Positions 22,081 to 34,844 of a stretch of 64,000 nt of DNA are shown one piece after another; positions within the stretch are counted from its first letter, which is position 1, and each line of letters begins with the position of its first letter. The notes below the pieces were generated by a model. It worked only from the letters and a program-made list of their open reading frames with translations. It was not told the origin of the DNA and did no database searches. Both the position numbers and the translations under genes were made by a program. The stretch spans positions 113,781-177,780 of the forward strand of contig NIVC01000554.1 of NCBI GenBank assembly GCA_002269645.1, in the 5' to 3' direction. Source of the stretch: Macrostomum lignano (lineage: Eukaryota).

Positions 22081-25000
22081 TCAGACCGAGAACTTTTCCA
22101 GTATTGATGACTTGTGCTTCACGTAGTCTTTGCCAAAGTCGGCTTCAGTCACTATTGGCGACAGATTTGATGGTGGCGCAAAACTTAACGCCTTCTCAGA
22201 CGATTCAGCAAACAGTTTGGAGTCGTACATAGCCATCTCGACCGTGTAGATGCTTTGTCGCGATCTTTGCTGGGTACTTTGTTCAGCTTGATCCTGGGCA
22301 CTTCCTGATTTCTTTGATGCTGAAACTAGTCCCTTGGTGATCAGCTGGGCCAGTTGAACTAAAAGCTCCAAAAATTCCATTAAGGTCACAATGGACACTC
22401 CAACCCATAGGCCTGTAAAATGAAGCCAATGCGAAAGCTGTATGTAAGTTGCTTTGTTGAGTGAGGTACGAGCTACTCAGGCAATACTCAATCGAGGTAG
22501 TCTCCTCAGCGCTCAGAAATTTTTCATTTCATCTTAATATTATTAAAATCTTAGTGACTTATTTAAAAAAAATGGGGTCAGCACCATTCCAGACTCACTG
22601 TCTAAAAGAATATCAATGAAGAAAATGATGAGTTCCTGCCTTTGAAGTTATAGAATACATGCAATTTACTGTGACTGCAATGGTCTACTCTGTGCCTGCA
22701 GGCTCCTATAGCTACACCAAAACGGTTAGTATAGCGGCCACATCTTTTTGTACAAGTAGCTACTGGCTGAAACGTCTTGAGTTTCCATGCAATAAACAGT
22801 CTCTCACCGAGAATTCCGCCCAGATCCGAGAACAAATTCCGCAGAGGATAGGCAAACGATTCGGTGAAGACGCTCGTCTTGACAGACATCGGGTACAGGT
22901 CCAGCACGCTCAGGCTTTGCACTTCGTTAAATGTGAAATTTGGGTTGTCGTACATGTATTGTAGCCGGTCTCTAAATAGATCTGTGCCGCTAATCTGATC
23001 CAGGTTGTCTTTTACGTAGCCGCGGACAATTTCCGACGCAAGATTTACGTCCATTGGCGATGGTGCTGTAGACCCTGTAGCGAGTATTGGTGCAGCGCAC
23101 TGGGCAGTGCTTGTCAGAGACTCCCTGCGTCTTGTGACGGCGCAGCACTCGGTGTTAGCACCTGAATAAGCTTCTGCTGAGATTGAAGTCAAGTGTTTCC
23201 CAGTTGGCCTGTAGGTAATCCGTCAGTGGGTAATAACTATGAGTTTTGTTCTTTATTATGTACTCTGTGAAGTTGTTTTTGTTAGTTCGGTAGTTTATAT
23301 TATAATTGATCAGCATCTGAAATGTAAGAGAGGATCGGTTAACGAGTCTCTTAAGATTCGGGTCGCCAAGGTGAAGCAATTAGCACCCGTGTTCGATGTT
23401 CTCACCTCCTCTGGCAGTCGATGGCACACATCCGTGTCGTTAAGCAGGTCGCTGGGCAATGGCAAGTGCGTGCCCAGACAACCGCAGGTGCTTTTATAAT
23501 CCATTTGCATCCGTCTTATCACGCAGTCATGATAGGTACTAAAAAAGCTCTGATCCTCAAAGCTACCCGGATACGAGTAGTTCATTGTGTAGGTGACGTT
23601 CGGTAGGTCGTTGCTGCATGGCGTGGCGTCACGATCGACCTTCGAGACCGTCTCTCCGAACACCTGGGCTTGCGTCTTGCGCATGAAAGGAGCTCTGAAG
23701 CCCAGAGACATGTCTGGCTTGAAGCCTGCGAGAAGTAGGCATGTGAGAAAGGTTTTATTTATTACTTCAAATGTACTTTGCTCATCAACTTCGCTTTACT
23801 CGTACACCATGCAGACTATAGTGCTCAAGCCCAGTCTTATTTAACCCTAGCTCCCACCGTTTTTATAAATACGAAGGCTGCCAAGCTACCTCACTTGTTT
23901 AACTACAATACATTCAATTCTCAGAAAAATCAAAGCTTTTTATAGTAAGTAATTAGTATTTTTAACATTAGTTTTGCCTAAAAATGCGTGGTTTACATTA
24001 AAGAAGACAAGGAAATCCTTATGACAAAAGGGGAAGAATGAGACTACTCATTCATTAATACAATACTTTAAGTACCTTTCAGTAGTTGAAAGAGTTAGTA
24101 GCAGGGAAATAAGGGGTTTTTTAACTTGGCCACATAGATATACCACCTATTCCTGTGTCCATCCCAGCTATATGACTTATCGACAGGTCTTAATTGTCAA
24201 TAATGGCCTCTGTCCCAATAGTAATGTAACTATATGCTAATAATGTAGTGAACTTTTTTAACTTGAGTGTGATGTTCCTCAGGGTGGGTGCCTTTCTCCC
24301 CCATCGGGTTAGCTTGTATCACTGGCTGGCATTGTGTTAACCCCTCCCCCCCCAGTTTTATCTGGTGCTGATTGGTCAGGACTGAGTTTCCTGCTCTGCT
24401 CGCGCGCTGCTGATTGGCTGACTGGTTGTTGCTGAAACTTTAAGCATTCAGGGCCGGCCTGTAGCCCTTTTTTCCACCGACTCTATCCACGGCCCCGTGG
24501 GTCGATAGGCCGTAAAGGGGCTGATTTTTTGCAAGCGTCGGAATGAGCTTGGCCACGAGACATGAGAGCTGGGACTTTGTATTTTCTGCGTATTGCGTTC
24601 CGTCTGCGCTCCCACATTTATTTGCACCTCTGCGTTTTGTTTGCGCCTCTGCGCTGTGCCCTGAGCCGTGCAACCAGTCTGTAGCTACTTGTCATACACC
24701 CACCTACCTGCTTTGAGCACCATCCATCGCCGCCCGTCATAAGCCGCCTTGCCTCTTCTTTTCTTATTTGTGGGTAGCGTGCCTAGGACTATTCAGGGGT
24801 TTGGAGCCTCCAAACCTAGCGTCGTACGTGAGAAAGTTGGAGTGTTCAGATTTCAAACGCAATAAAGTAGCTATACTGAATAATTAGATGCTTACGTACG
24901 TAGCCCACAGAGGTTCTAGAGGTCTCCTTGCACGGGGTTTTGAACTCGTTTCTCTAATGAAAACATCACCTACTGCAGGAAAAACAGGATAGACAGCTTA

Positions 25001-26146
25001 CAGCATGAGGACATGATCGGCTCACCTCTCTCATGCAGGGCCACCTGAAATCCCGGCACATAGTCAATTTGCTCTTCGTCGGTTAAAAACGAGTCCGTTA
25101 TCTGATTGAGCACCAGATAAAGTCCGTTGCCAGGCCCGGCTCGAACGATTGAATGGTTCGATGGAGTAAATGAAATACACTGGAATCTGAAGTTTCGATA
25201 AAGTCGGTGATTTGCTTCAGTTGCTAGATTTTTTTCTTCTTGATCTTTGTCCTACCTTTGTGATCTTGTGAACACAAGCGGCGTCCTACCTGTCCTCGTC
25301 CTTGTACAGGGTGAAGTTCTTGAAAGAGCAGGGCTCGGAGTTGTACCGGCAGTAGAGAACCATCTCGTGAGGCAGCATGAACTGCATTCCGCGGTAAGCC
25401 AGAGCTCGAAGAGCAAGTTTTCCATCGTCATAGTATTTGTAGGGGTGCGAAGGCATTGAGACATTCCAGTTCTCTTTATCCAGCAGTAGATATGTCCGAG
25501 GAACGTCATAGATCATGTTCCATAAGCACATATCTGATGAAGCTGAGTTTCAAACAAATTGAACGAATGTTCAGCAACAATATCATTTATATTGTTGAGC
25601 TTATGGCAATACGTGTAATAGAAGCGCGCATGCTGTTGCATAGAACGTGGTTCATGATACAAAATATAGTTAGTACATGCAAGTGCATCGTGCATGCTAC
25701 ATATTATTAGCAATTGTATCGTACAGAATTTTGATTGTCCTGTAAAGAATTTACATGCTGCTATACCTGGTATGTGCATTGCTCTGCAAGATATTTTCAT
25801 CCTTACCGTTGGGATCGAGCGGAGGCACAGGTTGACACCAAAGCACGTAGTTGTTAATGGGACAGATGGTGACGCTTGGGAACTGAAACTCTGCCCCATC
25901 ATTGGAGAACTCTGTGCTCACTGGGTAGCTGAGGTACCTCTTCACCAGCTCTGACAGGTGCAGCGAGAATCCTACGCAGGCGCTCAAGATGGCCAGTGCC
26001 CAGATGAGGCGGCGGAGGCTGGAGCCCTGCGTCAGGCGCACGAAGCCGTGCGCTGTGGTCTGCTGGGCAAACGAGATCAGAGCCTTCTGACGGAGCTGCC
26101 GCAGCAGAGGCTCCGGCCGATGCTCGCCACTGGATGCCGTCTCCAT
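22081..26146 (-). pseudogene. DEG/ENaC (ASIC/FaNaC-like) channel paralog A, probably disabled
   Basis: Exons 26146-25807, 25533-25290, 25186-25026, 23725-23406, 23316-22808 and 22412-22081, colinear with paralog B. Motifs TTAHG, FPSVTIC, AGPGNGL, CGC and SDLGGILGLWVGVS. In-frame TAA at 23157-23155 (TAC in B) and an 8-nt deletion near 23058-23061. Confidence 0.85.
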
Positions 26147-26604
26147 GCCAGTGGCTGATCGTTGTCAGCTGGGCTTGCAACTTCAGTAGCAATGCAGAGC
26201 TGACTTGATGCTGTTTAAACTGCTGGAGTTGGGTGCATCCTTGAAGTTATATTGTATTTAGCAACTACCGCTAATATATCTTATTGGCCTAGTGGGGGTT
26301 GAGCTGCATAACTAGCAAATTTGCAAACAATGCCAGGTCTATTGGGGTTGGCAAGTGGGAAACAAAAATGCCTCAGCTTATATAGCTACACTGTATAAAA
26401 TGTTAATGACGATAGAACCGTATATTCTGCTTTCCTATAATTAACCCGTTGTTATTGAATACGGCATTCAGCTGCATTTGTCTTTTTTCTGCCCTCATTA
26501 ATCAGCTCTTGCTCTGGTTGGGGTTGTAAACACTGGCCTTCTTCTCCCTGCTGTACCGGATTAAATCCAATGCAATATAGCTAACGTAACAAATTACGCA
26601 TAGC

Positions 26605-27438
26605 TTCTCAGGGGGAACTGCCATGCCCTTCCATAGCTTCATGGGAACTGTCATGCCCTTCCATAGCTTCATGGGAACTGCCATGCCCTTCCATAGCTTC
26701 AGGGGAACTGTCATGCTTTTCCATAGCTTCAGGGGAACTGTCATGCTCCTCCATAGCTTCAGGGGAACTGTCATGCTTTTCCATAGCTTCAGGGGAACTG
26801 TCATGCTCCTCCATAGCTTCAGGGGAACTGTCATGCTCCTCCATAGCTTCAGGGGAACTGTCATGCTTTTCCATAGCTTCAGGGGAACTGTCATGCTTTT
26901 CCATAGCTTCAGGGGAACTGTCATGCTCCTCCATAGCTTCAGGGGAACTGTCATGCTTTTCCATAGCTTCAGGGGAACTGTCATGCTTTTCCATAGTTTC
27001 AGGGGAACTGTCATGCTTTTCCATAGCTTCAGGGAAACTGCCATGCTTTTCCATAGCTTCAGGAGAACTGCCATGCTTTTCCATAGCTTCAGAGGAACTG
27101 TCATGCTTTTCCATAGCTTCAGGGGAACTGTCATGCTTTTCCATAGCTTCAGGGGAACTGTCATGCTTTTCCATAGCTTCAGGGGAACTGTCATGCTTTT
27201 CCATAGCTTCAGGGAAACTGTCATGCTTTTCCATAGCTTCAGGGGAACTGTCATGCTTTTCCATAGCTTCAGGGGAACTGCCATGCTTTTCCATAGCTTC
27301 AGGAGAACTACCATGCTTTTCCATAGCTTCAGGGGAACTGTCATGCTTTTCCATAGCTTCAGGGGAACTGTCATGCTTTTCCATAGCTTCAGGGGAACTG
27401 TCATGCTTTTCCATAGCTTCAGGGGAACTGTCATGCTG
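26605..27438. repeat. 30-bp minisatellite (ccatagcttcaggggaactgtcatgctttt)n
   Basis: About 28 units. Confidence 0.97.
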
Positions 27439-30061
27439 TCATGGGATTGTTACAAACACTGATTTTGTTTTTTATAATAGTCCTTTAAAGCAATAGGGTA
27501 TAGTATTACGAGTATAAGCAGTGCCCTTCAATTGTGACTTGACTTGGATTCATATTGTTTTTATATTAGCATTGTAAAAGGCGTACAGTTAGACTTGTCC
27601 TGCCTGCACGATAGATAAGGATTGGGAAAGGAAAAAAGAAGGCATGAGGATATTGGGGAATAGTTTTGAGCTGAGCTGAATAGGTGCCTTTGCTTCCAGC
27701 TATCCAGCTGGATAGCTGGATATCCAGCTTTTTAAATAGCAACTTAAATTGTGTATCATCGCGTGCGCCCAAGCTTTGGAAACAAAAAGTGCGACGCCTC
27801 CTCTAAATAATCCACACTAGATTCAGCTGAAAATCTTAGATGTGCATGGACTCAATTGCTGGGTTCCGCTCTGCGTCACGGGTCTGCCACACGGTATTAA
27901 AAGCGTTGCAAACTGACCCGAACATATAATATTTTCGATCATTATCCGAGACTGTTCAAATGCCATGCAATCTTATACATTAAGCAGCCCACACACAATC
28001 CGATGAAAGAATATTGGCAGGGGGTTGTGCGATTCGGGTTCACGAGGGCCAACCTCAAAGGCACAAAGAGTGAATACGTGCCTGGCGGCTAGAAAGTCAG
28101 GGCCGCTGCATGTACACCCTGTGGTCATATTCACGGATGAAGTGTAAAAATTCCCTAAATTTCAACTCAAGGCCCATCTTGAGTGCTGTTCACTTATTCT
28201 GTTCCTACTTTTGATAAGTTACTTCGGTGTCTAGAGGTCAACCTGTAGGCCCAACTTGATTTACAATAACCTACCTGTCACTTTTGACGGTCTAAGTCTC
28301 TAATTAAAGTGGTGTATAGTAACTTTCTCCTAATTTCTCCAGAACGGCAGCCGCAGCAGACACCGAAGTCGTGAGGGGAATGCTCACATGGGTTTTATAT
28401 ACACGTAAATACAAGACAAAGTACATGTACACGTAAGGGCTAACTCAAAACTAGTGAAAATTGTCAGCACACGAAATGGGTATATAGAATAAACTACACG
28501 CCAGCTGAGGGCATATGCCACGCATTAGAGCCAATCAAAGACGAATTAGGTACATGTAGATTCGAAGAACGGGAAACTTTTGAGTGCTGACTATAAAATA
28601 CGCACCCAATGCACATCAGAGATAAGAGCTTTCTCTTTTTCGACATAAAAATAGCGATAGTTTTTTTACTGAAATTCGAACTTCGAAAGCTCATATTTTA
28701 GAATAACATGCCTATAGCCTTGATTTCTGTAAGCTTTGTTTGTAAAAGTTGGGGATTCATGTGGCTTTTAATATTTTTGTGCAAATGTTAAATATTTAAT
28801 ATTAAAGAAAAAAAACGATAACAAAATGGCTTTTTGTTTGGTTCTTACTTTCATCGCGTCTTTATTTATTCAATTACTCGTATAATCAGTACAACTAAGT
28901 TTAGTACCCTCGGGAATAAATATAGTATATACCTTCATCTTTCGCTATATACATGTAAAATCAATAATATCACTAGAATCAATAACTTTAAAACATAAGC
29001 AAGTCAAAATAAATTTCAGTGAAAAATTTAAGAACATCAAAAAAATTATATTAATATTTCTCAGAGAGTAGTTGCACGAAACAAAAAATTTAATTTAGAT
29101 AAGGCAAGAGGTTGACACATACTATTGTTAGTAGAGCTCACTAGCCAAAACACGTTCAAGGGTAAAAAATTGCATAAAGTTTGGGCTCTTGCATAATCGG
29201 CTGCTGATAAAAAAATCACGATTTAACTTTTTACTTTTATTATAAATGTTTTCTTTGATAAGTTATTGAGCCGTTGGACTTAGTACTTTTTCCTTTACCG
29301 GATAAATTAATTGCTGGGGTTAGACGGAACCAAGTAGTAAAATTAGTAGCTGACTAATTACCGTGTAGTGAGTATATGTATACTCTGCAACATTTGAAAA
29401 GTTGCCACTCATGTGCCAGTAAGCAATTTCTCTTGGTCTATTATAAAATAGAAGATACGATCGAAAACTGATCGGGGTAGCTTTATAATCCGCCCAACCC
29501 TACCGCCCAACCCTACCCCAATCCGCCCAACCCTACCGCCCAACCCTACCCCAATCCGCCCAACTTCGATCATTCCTCAACTCAACAAGTCTGCTGCAGC
29601 GTAGCTAAGTTGCGTCACTCGCAAGATTGAGAGACTTTACCTGCACTCTCAAAAGTGGCGACCACAGACGGAATCACTAGCATAGAATTAAAAAGCCAGA
29701 AGTCATAACCTCACACGGCCCACGATCCCACTCTAGGATGGAATTCAGGCTCTTGGCATCTATCAAGCCTTAGCAAGTATTTACTGTACAGTTATTTTCT
29801 GAAGTATTATTATTGACTTTATTTATAAAGTCCTCCGTCCACCAAAACTGTCAATTCAAAGCAATGACAGTGTCGCACTCTCTACTTACTAAAAACAAGC
29901 AGTCCTTAGCCATGCAGTTGCTTCACTACACGTATGTAAGTTTTTTTTCACGGAGACGAAACAATACCACTTCTCCAACGAGCGCTTCACGTAGACTTTG
30001 CCAACCTTGTCTTCAGTCGAAATTGGCAAAGCATTTTAGAGGACGCAAAGTTTAAACCTTC

Positions 30062-33000
30062 TCAGACGACACCCTCGGGCTCGACGCGAACGGTCTCTAC
30101 CGTGTGGATGCTGTTTCGCATACTTTGCTGGCTCCTGTGTTCAGCTTGATCTTGGGCACCCTCTGATTTCGTTGATGTTGCAAAGAGCCCCTTGGTGATC
30201 AGCTGGACCATTTGAATTAAGAGCTCCAGAAATTCTATTAAGGTCACAACGGACACTCCAATCCATAGGCCTGTAAAATGAAAACAAAAGCTATCAGCAA
30301 TTGAGTAATTGAGATGAGAAAACAGGAGTGAAGATGAGAGATGCTCGCAACGAAACCCATTCCCTCTCACCCCAAGCAGAGAATGCCTTTATACAAAGTA
30401 TTCTATGGAATACCTACCGCTATACCTGTAAAATATATATTCTGTTCAGTTCTAATAGTCTCCTCTGTCAAGTTCACATTACAGTTTACTGATAATGCAG
30501 GCTTCTACATCTACAGCTACACCAATTGTTCCATAGTCCTACGAGCATAGTACACGTAGCTACTGTCTGAGGACATAGCTTTGAGTCCAGTCGCTCACCG
30601 AGAATTCCGCCCAGATCCGAGAACAAATTCCGCAGAGGATAGGCAAACGATTCGGTGAAGACGCTCGTCTTGACAGACATCGGGTACAGGTCCAGCACGC
30701 TCAGGCTTTGCACTTCGCTAAATGTGTAATTTGGGTTGTCGTACATGTGTTGAAGCCGGTCTTTAAGTAGATCTGTGCCGCTAATCTGATCCAGGTTGTC
30801 TTTCACGTAGCCGCGGACAATTTCCGACGCAAGATTTACGTCCGTTGGCCAGGACGTCACGGTAGTGTGGTCTCTGTAGCGGACGTTGGTGCAGCGCACT
30901 GGGCAGTGCTTGTCAGAGACTCCCTGCGTCTTGTGACGGCGCAGCACTCGGTGGTAGCACTTGAATAAGCTTCTGCTGATATTGAAGTCAAGTGTTTCCC
31001 AGTTGGCCTGTAGGTAATCCGTCAGTGGGTAATAACTATGAGTTTTGTTCTTTATTATGTACTCTGTGAAGTTGTTTTTGTTAGTTCGGTAGTTTATATT
31101 ATAATTGATCAGCATCTGAAATGTAAGAAAGGAGTTGACAAGTCTCTTGGAATCCGGGTCGCCAAGGTATTGCCATAATACCAATTAGCACCCTTGTTCG
31201 ACGCTCTCACCTCCTCTGGCAGTCGATGGCACACACCCGTGCCGTTAAGCAGGTCGCTGGGCAATGGCAGGTGCGTGCCCAGACAACCGCAGGTGCTTTT
31301 ATAATCCATTTGCATCCGTCTTATCACGCAGTCATGATAGGTGCTAAAAAAGCTCTGATCCTCAAAGCTACCCGGATACGAGTAGTTCATTGTATAGGTG
31401 ACGTTCGGCAGGTCGTTGCTGCATGGCGTGGCCTCGCGATCAACCTTGGTGACCGTCTCTTCGAAAATCCTAGCTTGCGTCTTGTGCATGAACGGAGCTC
31501 TGAAGCCCAGAGACATGTCTGGCTTGAAGCCTGCGAGAATTAAACGTAGGATATACGAGTACCCATTGGTTCTGATGTGCAGGGGGGGGGTTGTCAATTT
31601 ACATGTAAATTTGCTGAGTTTGCAGTCATGCTAAACTTGTGTCCTGCCACCCGGGTCAAGCGTATACTCCACTCATGGGTACATCTTTGCGTACATAACG
31701 TAGGCGCCTATCCATACGTCCTTTTGCCAATAGCTCAAATATCGTTTCATGCAATACTAATTTGCATTAAAATAATTGTATCTATACGATGTTTCTTACT
31801 CAGCCAATATAACAGTTTGCTGTACTGTCTCTCTTTCTTAACTCCACATGCCAATAGCTAGTCAGCTTATTTTAATTGTTTGTAATTTTTCAGCTGTTTC
31901 TTAACTGATTTGCTAGCTGTGTTCAGATTTCAAATGCAATAAATTGTCGTTACTAAATAATTAGATGCATGCTTACGAGCTACGTAGCACACTAGGTTCT
32001 AGATGATACTCCGCTGTTCTAGAGTGAGCTACCGAGTTTTACTCTAGAACATAGAAACAGAGCATCTCTTACATAGGGAAAGCGAAGCGACACCTGTACA
32101 CAAGGGTCAAGGAGCAGTAGACGAAGAAATCAGCCATCCATGCAAAACCACCTGCTCACGTGTGATTCATCTTGCAACAGCAACCCTGTCGACTTGCTTA
32201 AGATCATTGATTCCAGCAGTCTTGAGTACAAGTTGAACATTTTAGAGGCCATGTACATCAAAGCTCTGAAGCCTAATTTGAACTGTCAGTTAGCTATGGG
32301 GGGTGCCAGCCGCCAACTAAACGTGTTCTAGGTTGAGTTGTACGCTACTGTACTACACCCTATTCTCGATCTCTGTCTCTCTTTGCCCCTTCTCATTCTA
32401 AGCCTGACTTTTGTTGAACAAATTACTCGTATAACTGCACATGGTGAGTTATTTCAGATACAAATACAACAGACTATTGATCCAGACATGGTCGACAGTG
32501 GTCGAAATGCATTGGCACAGAATTTTTGGAATATAAAAGTTTTTGATGTTCGTTCTTTCCTTTTCGTACAGGGCTTTGAATTTGCTTCTCTCCAATGAAA
32601 ACATGCTAAGTTGCTAACAGCAACACCTGCTGCGCTTCTGTTTACGAGAATATAAGCAGGAAAAATAGGGTAGACAGCCTAAAGCATGAGGACATGATTG
32701 GCTCACCTCTCTCATGCAGGGCCACCTGAAATCCCGGCACATAGTCAATTTGCTCTTCGTCGGTTAAAAACGAGTCCGTTATCTGATTGAGCACCAGATA
32801 AAGTCCGTTGCCAGGCCCGGCTCGAACAATTGAGTGGTTCAATGGAGTAAACGAAATACACTGGAATCTGAAGTTTCGATAAAGTCGGTGATTTGCTTCA
32901 GTTGCTAGATTTTTGTCTTCTTGATCTTTGTCCTACCTTTGTGATCTTGTGAACACAAGCGGCGTCCTACCTGTCCTCGTCCTTGTACAGAGTGAAGTTC

Positions 33001-33869
33001 TTGAAAGAGCAGGGCTCGGAGTTGTACCGGCAGTAGAGAACCATCTCGTGAGGCAGCATGAACTGCATTCCGCGGTAAGCCAGAGCTCTCAGTGCAAGTT
33101 TTCCATCGTCATAGTATTTGTAGGGGTGCGGAGGCACTGAGACATTCCAGTTCTCTTTGTCCAGCAGTAGATATGCGCGAGGACCGTCATAGATCATGTT
33201 CCATAGACACACATCTGATGTAGCTGAGTTTTGAGATATATAATATAAGCTTATGGTATGTGTTGACGACATGCTATGTGTTGCATGCAAGTAGTAGCAG
33301 GTGGTGTGGTTTATGATACTTAATAAAGTATTGTGCATATTAGATATGCAGACATGAGTGCTGTGGACAACGTTAAACCAGTACGAGCATACAACACTTT
33401 TTTCTTGTTTTCTGTGACATCATCAGCTATATTTTCGATTGCACATTAATCCAGTCAGTCAGACTAATTTCAACCTTGTGAACTTTCTTCAAGAATTTTC
33501 ATGTAGCTTTACTGATTATTGATCCTTACCGTTGGGATCGAGCGGAGGCACAGGTTGACACCAAAGCACGTAGTTGTTAATGGGACAGATGGTGACGCTT
33601 GGGAACTGAAACTTTGCCCCATCATTAGAGAGCTCAGTGCTCACTGGGTAGCTGAGGTACCTCTTCACCAGCTCCGACAGGTGCAGCGAGAATCCTACGC
33701 AGGCGCTCAAGATGGCCAGTGCCCAGATGAGGCGGCGGAGGCTGGAGCCCTGCGTCAGGCGCACGAAGCCGTGAGCTGTGGTCTGCTGGGCAAACGAGAT
33801 CAGAGCCTTCTGACGGAGCTGCCGATGCAGAGGCTCCGGCCGATGCTCGCCACTGGATGTCTCCTCCAT
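30062..33869 (-). CDS. DEG/ENaC (amiloride-sensitive, ASIC/FaNaC-like) channel paralog B, 596 aa
   Basis: Exons 33869-33530, 33214-32971, 32867-32707, 31530-31211, 31115-30599 and 30270-30062. All introns are GT-AG and phases are consistent (1791 nt total). Pre-TM1 HG motif, TM1, FPSVTICP, Cys-rich thumb, TM2 FSDLGGILGLWIGVSVVTLIE with a GxS filter. Confidence 0.92.
32070..32520 (+). mobile_element. Penelope-like element fragment (GIY-YIG endonuclease C-terminal half and 3' end)
   Basis: YIGKAKRHLYTRVKEQ* at 32070, then after a frameshift LKIIDSSSLEYKLNILEAMYIKALKPNLNCQ. These match Penelope EN motifs (YIGxTxRxLxxRxKEH; ILEALYIxxxKPxLNxQ). Absent from the homologous intron of paralog A. Confidence 0.8.
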
Positions 33870-34548
33870 GTGCTGTTTAAACTGCTGGAGTTGGGTATAT
33901 CTGGGAAGTCGTGGCGCGTTTAATGAGTATAAATATACTCAAATATCTCTGGCTATTTGCATGGCCGTGCGCCTCCTCTCCACAACTGGTAGCTAATGGG
34001 CACTCGCGATGACCTGGCGTGGCTGTAGTCCAAAATTGTGACCGCCTCGCATTTGTCAATTCAAAATCCAATTATAATAATTTTGCTATAATAAATAACG
34101 ACTGCTAATTTATATCAGATAGATCTCAGTTGGCTAAAAACCTACAAGAGGTACGATTGGGGGACTGGTAGATGCTGCATCTAATTAAAAAAAAAATTAT
34201 CATCGATAGAAACGGAGCCCCTTTTTGGATCAGCCTTCCCCATAGCCATCCCCACAGTCATAAAACTATCGCATATATGGTTAGGCTGGTCCGAAGTTTG
34301 CCTAATCAGGCACCGGCTCCACTCAGGTCTTTTTAAAACTCTGGCGTTGCATGTTTTTACAGAAATTCTTGCAAATTTCTAGCCCTAAAGAATGTCATTG
34401 TGTAACCCTCCATAAAAATTGTTTACGCGTTTCGTCCTCTTGCCTGCACTTCTACTCCCTGCCGTTTTCTGTTGAACGTGGCTAGCCCTCGTTTCTCTTG
34501 TCTAGCCCTTGCTTCATTCTGATTGGCTCTCACTTTGTTTCTTTCTCC

Positions 34549-34551
34549 CCC

Positions 34552-34600
<49 letters not shown>
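34549..34600. repeat. (CT)n(GT)n compound microsatellite
   Basis: Visible directly. Confidence 0.95.
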
Positions 34601-34601
<1 letters not shown>

Positions 34602-34844
34602 CATATTTCCATGCGTTATTACTCTTCCACTCTCTAAACCGACTCAGCTCCCTAGACTACATTCTTATCAGCACCGCCACCCCCTACCAGCCTATCTCAC
34701 CCTACCTCCATTACATGTAATAAAACCAAATATACAGTACTCACTTATGGCTTTGAGTTAGCTAGAGCCGAATGAGTCTTCTTTGAAATCATTACATACA
34801 GGCACTGGTTTTTACTGCTAACAGATTGTCAGGAAGACACTGTG

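Noticed and set aside
23317-23405. Shared frameshift or programmed recoding in both DEG/ENaC copies (also 31116-31210)
   Set aside because: Explained by a short phase-0 intron (GAG|GTGAGA ... tttcag|ATG) present in both copies.
26502-27462. Long repeat ORFs (MEKHDSSPEA)n, (MTVPLKLWKS)n and (MLFHSFRGTV)n as repetitive proteins
   Set aside because: A 30-bp stop-free unit is open in several frames on both strands by arithmetic alone; no splice context, signal peptide or unique domain.
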